Shown here: one piece after another, positions 56,198 to 64,000 of the stretch
How positions within the stretch are numbered: the first letter of the stretch is position 1
How the letters are laid out: the number at the start of each line of letters is the position of its first letter
Source of the DNA: Tubiluchus corallicola
Taxonomy: Eukaryota > Animalia > Priapulida
DNA length: 64,000 nt
Direction of reading: 5' to 3'
NCBI GenBank assembly: GCA_030141605.1
Contig: JAQGDQ010000663.1
Coordinates: 52,810-116,809, forward strand
The notes under the pieces: model-generated
What the model was told of the DNA's origin: nothing
Databases searched by the model: none
Seen by the model: the letters and a program-made list of their open reading frames with translations, nothing else
Made by a program: the position numbers and the translations under genes

Positions 56198-57043
56198 CAG
56201 AAGTACATCCAATATGGTTCACCTGTGTAAGAGAGAAAGGCATGCAGAAGTACATTCAATATGGTCTACCTGAGTAAGAGAGAAAGGCATGCAGAAGTAC
56301 ATTCAATATGGTCTACCTGAGTAATAGAGAAAGGCATGCAGAAGTACATTCAATATGGTCCACCTGTGTAAGAGAGAAAGGCATGCAGAAGTACATTCAA
56401 TATGGTCCACCTGTGTAAGAGAGAAAAACACTCAGTAGTACATCCAATATGGTCTACCTGTGTAAGAGAGAAAGGCATTCAGTAGTACATCCAATATGGT
56501 CTACCTGTGTAAGAGAGAAAGGCATTCAGAAGTACATTCAATATGGTCTACCTGTGTAAGAGAGAAAGGCATGCAGAGGTACATTCAATATGGTCCACCT
56601 GTGTAAGAGAGAAAGGCATGCAGAAGTACATTCAATATGGTCCACCTGTGTAAGAGAGAAAGGCATGCAGAAGTACATTTAATATGGTCCACCTGTGTAA
56701 GAGAGAAAGGTATGCAGAAGTACATTCAATATGGTCCACCTGTGTAAGAGAGAAAGGCATGCAGAAATACATTTAATATGGTCCACCTGAGTAAGAGAGA
56801 AAGGCATGCAGAAGTACATTTAATATGGTCTACCTGTGTAAGAGAGAAAAACACTCAGTAGTACATCCAATATGGTCCACCTGGGTAAGAGAGAAAGACA
56901 TTCAGTAGTACATCCAATATGGTCTACCTGTGTAAGAGAGAAAGACATTCAGTAGTACATCTAATATGGTCCACCTGTGTTATTGAGAAGGTCATTCAGA
57001 AGTACATTCAATGTGGTCCACCTGTGTAAGAGAGGAAGACATC
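56198..57043. repeat. 47-bp minisatellite, ~18 copies
   Basis: aagtacattcaatatggtccacctgtgtaagagagaaaggcatgcag at 56201, 56248, 56295 and onward; directly adjacent units with no spacers. Confidence 0.96.
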
Positions 57044-57232
57044 AACGACTCCATGACTGTGCATCCAGTATGGTCAATGTCCACAAGTACATCCAATAAT
57101 TTCCATCAGAGAGAGTATTAATTCAGATGCAACATTTCACATTTTGATAAAGAAATTTTTGTGTGAATTTGATCAAACCTGACATTTTCATGCGAAACAC
57201 ATTGACGCTCAATCACTAACGGCCAAATGAGA

Positions 57233-57669
57233 CAGAGGGGGAAATGGGCCACCAAGTATGACCCACGGATACCGTGACCCAAACCAAATGATCCATCAGC
57301 CACAGACTGATCCAGGTCCTAACAGTGCTGGTCCATACTGATCCGGTTTTGACTCAGCTCTGCAGGAAACGTCTGGACCTATTAACTTTAGAAAAACTGC
57401 AAAATCATTCACGTTTCTGAACAATTAAATGGACCCATGCAACTGAATATCACAGATTGATAGAGCAAAAGCAGCGACTGCTGATGCTGTGTTCTATAGA
57501 CAGTGATATTTTTATTGTAGGTTTCACTAAAACAAACTTTCTTTTACAAAACACAACTATTTAATTTTTACCTAGGTCAAGTGGGTTAAGTTTCAGACCC
57601 ACAGCGCTGTGACACATTGAAAAATGGTGACCAAGTGACCCACGACCCACGGACCTATTTCTAGCTCTG
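57233..57669. mobile_element. hAT-like MITE
   Basis: Imperfect TIR cagagggggaaatgggcc...ggacctatttctagctctg; internal TGACCCA sub-repeats. Confidence 0.55.
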
Positions 57670-58062
57670 AAGCGAGGATGTTTTTAACCTGTATCGGTGT
57701 ATTATTACAAAAAAACAATAGCGTTGAACTATAAATAATTTAGTTATAACTAGGTATTTTTTCATTGGGTTTTGATAGTTCTTTTCATAGTTATCTTCAG
57801 CGTCACCAAAGCCTGGGGTTCATCAATCAGACGTTTTTCGTCCAACACTAGCTGTTGCTATGTACCAATAACTGTCGCCTGTTGCTTAACAACTTTCACT
57901 CTTTCAGCAGTCTAGTAGCATTCTTTTGTTGCGTAACAGCATTCAATGTCACTGGGTGTATACTTCCTAATAGATTCCTATAGAAAACAATAGATATGAA
58001 GCATAATGTTAACATCTATTATTTATTTTATTGACTGCAGCTTAAGGGGACGGATACAGGCT

Positions 58063-58682
58063 TTGGAAAAAGCGCAGACACAACAAAAAGTAGTCAAGTG
58101 TTCTGGCGGAGTGGTATAAGCTCCCCAGCGAGGTCTGTGACGAAGCACGGCCACCAATGCATTTTACTGCATTTTAGACCACTTTTGAGACTGCTAAAAG
58201 CTATTTCCGCAAGGATGTTCATTAGTTTAAGGCAGACGTCACTTCAAGCTTCTGACCCATAATTACAGGAAAAAAGTCAGAAAAAATCACAATTAATTTT
58301 AGCTATGGTTAGGTTAGGGTTAGGGGGTTTGGGTTAGGGTTAGTGTTCGGTTAGCGTTATTTCTTTTTCTTGTGCCTTTTCCCCCTGGAACTTTTTGCTG
58401 TGACTTTTTTACCTGTGACTTTTTTACCGGTGACTTTTATTAGTTGGATTCCATAATTACACACCAAATTAATAACCATAATAAGTTTCAAGTTTCATGT
58501 GTTTTGAACTGTAGAACTTTTGTGGTAATATGTGATTTATGGATATTAAATTTTAATAAAGGCACCCCCTAGAATTTAGCAAATCGTTCTAATCCAGAAA
58601 AAATATTCATTTTGTTGTTGTAACTGCTACTGTGAAAGTGGGTGGGCAAACCTTTTGCTCCCACCCCTTGAATCCGCCACGG
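58063..58682. mobile_element. hAT-like MITE with a nested Mutator-like MITE (58267-58452)
   Basis: Outer termini ..gggacggatacagg / ttgaatccgccacgg; segment 58158-58230 is shared with 41700-41770. The inner element is flanked by CCATAATTAC direct repeats (58257-58266, 58451-58460) and carries GGTTAG repeats and 15-bp TGTGACTTTTTTACC units. Confidence 0.55.
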
Positions 58683-59621
58683 ACCTTGTAAGATACAATT
58701 TCTTGTATGATCATCATAATTAATTTACAAATGTATCCAAGAAACTATAATTGTTTATCGTGAGGAGAAGGTGTAGTATTGCATTTTTGTATTTGATGTG
58801 TCGCGTCTTAGAAATGGTTTGGCCGAAGATTGAAATCATTTTTCTTCTTGTCGCGAGATGTGCTTGGATGAGTCTAGCAATCGACAAAACCTTTTATAAA
58901 AATGTCCTGATGGGCAAAATCATGAGGCGGGTTTATTCTTGAGACTAAATATGTTGAAGCGACACTGCATTGTGTGCGCTTGTGTGATAAACAACAAGAG
59001 TGCATTGGTCTTAGTGTAAGTCCAAGTGATGCCGGACTCTTATGTAACTTGTTTGGTCAGCTGCCATATGGCCCAAGCCAAACTATTATGCACAATGCTG
59101 ATTTTTACGCGAGAGGTGAGTTAACCAGTTTTTGTTTATTCTCATTCTATAAGGTGCATTACACTATAACTTAAGTTTGAGTGGTTGAAATGTTAGTTCT
59201 TGCAGTTAATTAGTCAGTTGGTTGTTTGATAAATTGGTGCTGCGTGGATTGCTGCTTAGATATTCGAATATAAATATACGAATTTGAATATATTTGAAAA
59301 TGTTGTCATTAGAAGAGAGAAGAATTCATTATGATCTAAAAATGTGCTACAATATTATTCAAAGGGAAAATGACTTCGATAGAAATTAATTTTTACCCCT
59401 GCTCCTAGAATTTCTAGTGGTCATTGTCATAAACTTCATGTAAATCGACTTGTATCGTCTGTAGCTCAACATTCGTTTGTCAATAGAATAATTAAGTACT
59501 CGAATTCTCTTGTTGAACATGTAAATGGGTCTCCACTGGTAAATGCCGCCTTCAATAAGTTATTTAGTCAAAAGTTAAAAAAATAGATGAGATGGCACGA
59601 CTAATTTGCATTGCACTGCTT

Positions 59622-59800
59622 TGCACCGGATGGCAAAGCTCAATGTTAGCGTGCTCGCTTTCCACCCTGGAGGTCGTGGGTTCAAGTCTCGACCCAGTCA
59701 TGTCATACCAAAGGCTTGAAAAATTGTACCGCTGCTTCTTCAACCAAGCACGCTGGTTTATCAAAGTAACGTACGGGTAAATAATAATCGGGACCACTTG
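59622..59800 (+). mobile_element. tRNA-derived SINE with a conserved central domain (MetaSINE-like)
   Basis: A/B-box head (..gctcaatgttagcgtg..gggttcaagtctcg) followed by gtcataccaaaggcttgaaaaattgtaccgctgcttc. Confidence 0.65.
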
Positions 59801-59855
59801 GAAATAAGTATTGAGTTACTTCAGGTGTTATCATTGGACTATGTCCTACAAAAAA

Positions 59856-60260
<405 letters not shown>

Positions 60261-61984
60261 TGTAAGGTTCTTACACATAGCTAAACTAGATATTGCTGTA
60301 GTATAGTCTGTGGGAAGGGCTTCCTACCTATCACCCCTCCTTTCATAATATGTTATAACCTATCCATGCATAACATGATCTTGGAAAGTGCATAACACAG
60401 ATATCCAGGAGAGTACAGTGGAACTGCTGAATCTTAAAGCAGCCAAAATGCTTTAACTTTTAACTTTAACTTTACTCTACAAAAATGGTTAGAATCCTAA
60501 TCTTGTTTATGAGTCTCTGAAGCACTAAACTTGTGCACGTCTGCTATTTGACTGATCTAACATAAAGAGACTATCAGTGGTGATATCAAACTACTTCAGT
60601 TTTGGTGTTGTGGATGGAGCTTTATTCACACTGATGAGATGTTGAAACTCTACGATGTGCCTAATTTTAAACTACATGAAGAGGCGTGACTAGCCACCAG
60701 TGTCCAGACGTTGTGGTTTGTGGACGTATCCTGAGTCAGCCACAAAGACTTGTGAGCCATTCCTTAGTTCATGTTTGATTGGTGCTGCAGCTGGCGTCAT
60801 CACCGTTGATTGTTATGGCCATAGACTTGAAGTCGTTGATGTGATGCTGTGACTGAATGGAGTGAGCTACGTCAGCGGACTCCTCTCCTATGTCCTTGTC
60901 CTGTCAAGGGAAGCGTTAACTGATAATTAGACATTTTGCTTTCTTTTTACTTTGTCATTTTTGTTATTGTTAACTGCCTTTTCGCGAAACTCTTATTGAT
61001 AGTTGTGATAATATGGCCTGTTCTGATTTATTTAAACGAACTAAAAAGTAAATAAAAATAGTAAAAGTAATCATAATCTTTTCCTCCATTTCATATGAGA
61101 TTTTGTTGTTGGAATGTTTGAAATCTATGTATGTCATGGTCAACATGGAAAACTATAATGCCTAAGTAAACCCCCGTAAAACGTAACATCAAGCCTTAGA
61201 CCCGCTGGTTTTTCAAGTGAGCCCTTCGACATTGCAACCTCTCTAAAGACATATTAATTATACCTGTGTCGTTGAATTTTTGGTTCATATGTCTTGTTGC
61301 CCTCTGGAAAATGGTCAACAACCGCCCACGTATGTTGCGCAACCCTTTTATTGTGAATAAAAGATGACGTGACAGGTTAGTCAGATTTGTGGATGAGTTG
61401 GGAGGTAGAGAGTGGCATCTACTACTAGCTCCCAACAATTATATTAAAAGTATATATAAAAAATATTATATCTGGCAGTTGTGGCTGTAAATTTTGCCAA
61501 GGTGTTGTGCAATTAGAGACGAGCAATACATAGGAAAGGTGTTCGAATGATAGGAGCTTTAGGCATTACCTATTATTCATAGCTTGATCTTTCTTAACAT
61601 GTAACTATGGTGTGTTGCATGATATTGGCTTTAAGCAGTGCAAAGCATAACTCATCCGTAGGCGAAATTGAATCATTTTTGAAAAAATTCTCTAGGCATC
61701 TTTATCCTAATCAGACTCTCAAAGGTAACTAAGCTTATGTGTTGCCTACTAAATAGAGTTCTGTAGAAGCTGCTTTGTTGATATATTTATGACATGGGGT
61801 CTAATAACGTCACTCTTAAAATAATAGTAAATTAACAATGAATCTCAATTGATTGTCTTTTACAGTGGGCGCTTTTGATCCAACCAACAATATTATATAT
61901 GTCTATGATGAGAAATGGAAGGCTAACGTAAGTATCTGAAGCCTGCAAGAGTTCTTGTCTTAAACACGATCTATTATTTGCAAC

Positions 61985-62403
61985 CAAGGGCGTATTAACT
62001 AATAGGTTAACTAGGCTAAAGCCTAGGACGCCAAAGTTTGAGAGGCGTCACATTTTAGAAAAAAATCCTATTCTCCTCGGAAAATGTGAATACTTTCACA
62101 TTTATGTAAAGGGCACCTTTTATAACACACCACAGGCAATTACTGACCGCAGCTTTTATATAAGTGCCACATAACGAACAGGTGCAAGGTATTACACAGC
62201 AAGCAGTTGCCTGCTTGAAATTAAGTGCTATGCAAATACATGTAATTAATAATGACCTCGTAGAAACTAGCTTAATAGTGTTTCTAATGCACAATACGTA
62301 AATGTTTAATTTGATCATTACATAAACAACCATAAATTCACAATAGAGATGGGCGGGACAGAACTATCAGCCTGGGGTGTCGAAAAGTCTAGATACGCCC
62401 CTG
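61985..62403. mobile_element. hAT-like MITE
   Basis: TIR caagggcgtat...atacgcccctg with near-8-bp TSD tttgcaac / tttgcagg. Confidence 0.6.
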
Positions 62404-64000
62404 TTTGCAGGAGTCTGTTGTAAACAGAACTTTGCTGGCAGCAAAATAAAGGCAGTGTTTGCGTAGTCTTACAAAGGCCTATTTGTGCCTGTCGCGACGC
62501 ATAGGTCGTGAGTTCAATTCTAGGTTTTGTAGCTATTTTTCCTTTTTATATTTTGACTAACATTGCAGCTTTGTTTCTTCGAAATCTTTTCTTTTACTTT
62601 AAATACATTTAGCTTGCTTAATATTTCCTGTTGCTCTTAAATAATCTGTACATGTCGATCTATAGGTTACCTACGTGGTTTTCTTACATATAGTTTTACT
62701 CTGGCTTAATCACCTGACCTAATATGCATCGGCTGTTAACTGTCCTCTTCGTAAAGTTTAAATAAGCTATGCTGTTCTGTATACGCGGACTATTTGACAC
62801 GTGTCAGTTTGATAGTCCACATGTAAGTCTTTGCTTATAATATATTTTGTTATTTTGTGAAATCTAACACGTGAAATGTGATTTTTTCCCCGTGCAATAA
62901 TTGTGATAAAATCGTGTATATGTTTACTTATTGTGAAGTGAAATCATTAAAGTTAAGTTATTGTGATAATAGAAATTTTATTAGCCATGGCTTGTAATTA
63001 TATGAACTTCGATTTTAATTTTGTTTTTATTCATTGCTGAGTTTGAATTTGCTGAAAAATTAAAATCATAAATTATGCATGTTAAATCCGCACAGTGAAC
63101 AACGACATTCTGCTAAGCGTTATGCATAGTTTATTCTGAAATATAAAAACAGTTTAATAAGATTTAGATTTTCTCTTTTTCTTTATTTTCCTATATTAAA
63201 CCAGATGATGTCGTCGTTATCCCATCTTCAGTCCTTCCTAATAGCTCTCCCACCTTTCTATATTTTCTGCCTTCAAAATTAGAAACATCAAAACTGTAAT
63301 TAATTTTAATAGGAAAAGTAGAATAACGCAACGTTCGCGACAGCGCCTACATTTGTTTGTAATTAAGCTGTACTGCTTGCAAGTTGCTAAAGTACAAACA
63401 AAACAATAATATCTACCATTTGTAAAAGCTTAAGTTTTTAAAGGAATGGACAAGTCACTTAGCATGTTGGGTTTATTTTACTGTTATCAGTTAAACTTAG
63501 AAAGACAATGCAGAAATTTTAAAAAAAAATCTATGAAGCATAAAGTTAATGTATACGTCCGCTGTTTCACTTGAAAATTAATACGTAACTGTTGGACTTT
63601 TCGCAAGAGCATCGTGGTGTTTCGTAAGCGTGTGCTGCCTAAACTAATTCAATCTTCTGCAATTTACCCAATGCTCATGCAAAGATATCACAAAATTAGG
63701 TATCTAATGCTGTGTAAAAATGTTTTATACTTTTGACCGAAAATTTACAGTGCGTTGTTTTTCTTCAGGTGATGGATGACGTCACGTGTGGTTCAAAATG
63801 GCAGCGCTCAAGGTTAAAATGATCGCAACTTTAAAGTGATTTTACTAATTACACGAGACGCTTATCACACTTTTATTTCTACATCCTTTTAACAGGTTAC
63901 GCTAGCATTGAAATAAGATTAACTTCCTAGACGGTTTGGCCTTTCCTTTAAGCATTAGTAATGGTATAGAGTTTGTTGATAATGTTTGCGATGATTGCCT

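Noticed and set aside
56198-57043. CRISPR-like regular repeat
   Set aside because: Units abut with no unique spacers, there are no cas genes, and the context is eukaryotic.
58305-58345. Interstitial telomere (GGTTAG/TTAGGG)
   Set aside because: Only a few imperfect units, inside a small TSD-flanked MITE.
60590-60930. GC-richer island that might be an exon or LTR
   Set aside because: No open frame, splice pair or terminal repeat that I could establish.

Overview
AT-rich, intron-containing animal (probably invertebrate; species not identifiable) genomic DNA. Left to right: (1) the last three coding exons and 3' UTR of a CREBRF/REPTOR bZIP gene (+); (2) a complete 14-exon MFSD8/CLN7-like MFS transporter gene (+, ~852 aa) with an unusual 358-codon symmetric exon in its central loop; (3) a ~12 kb stack of nested, decayed retroelements (two Ty3/Gypsy elements, three CR1/L2-type LINEs) with readable target-site duplications; (4) a chitin deacetylase-like gene with signal peptide-CBM14-LDLa-CE4 architecture, altered catalytic/metal motifs and two stops confined to one frame-neutral exon; (5) damaged galectin-like and signal peptide-PAN/apple gene fragments; plus many MITEs, SINEs, RTE fragments, micro- and minisatellites. 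There is no sign of prokaryotic sequence or CRISPR. I found no clearly new biological system. The best leads are the pseudo-enzyme chitin deacetylase with a skippable stop-containing exon, three separate tandem arrays built from splice junctions, the large signalling-like loop exon of the transporter, and an inverted MITE pair bracketing eight of its exons. All exon models and family names come from manual translation and motif recall, not database searches.
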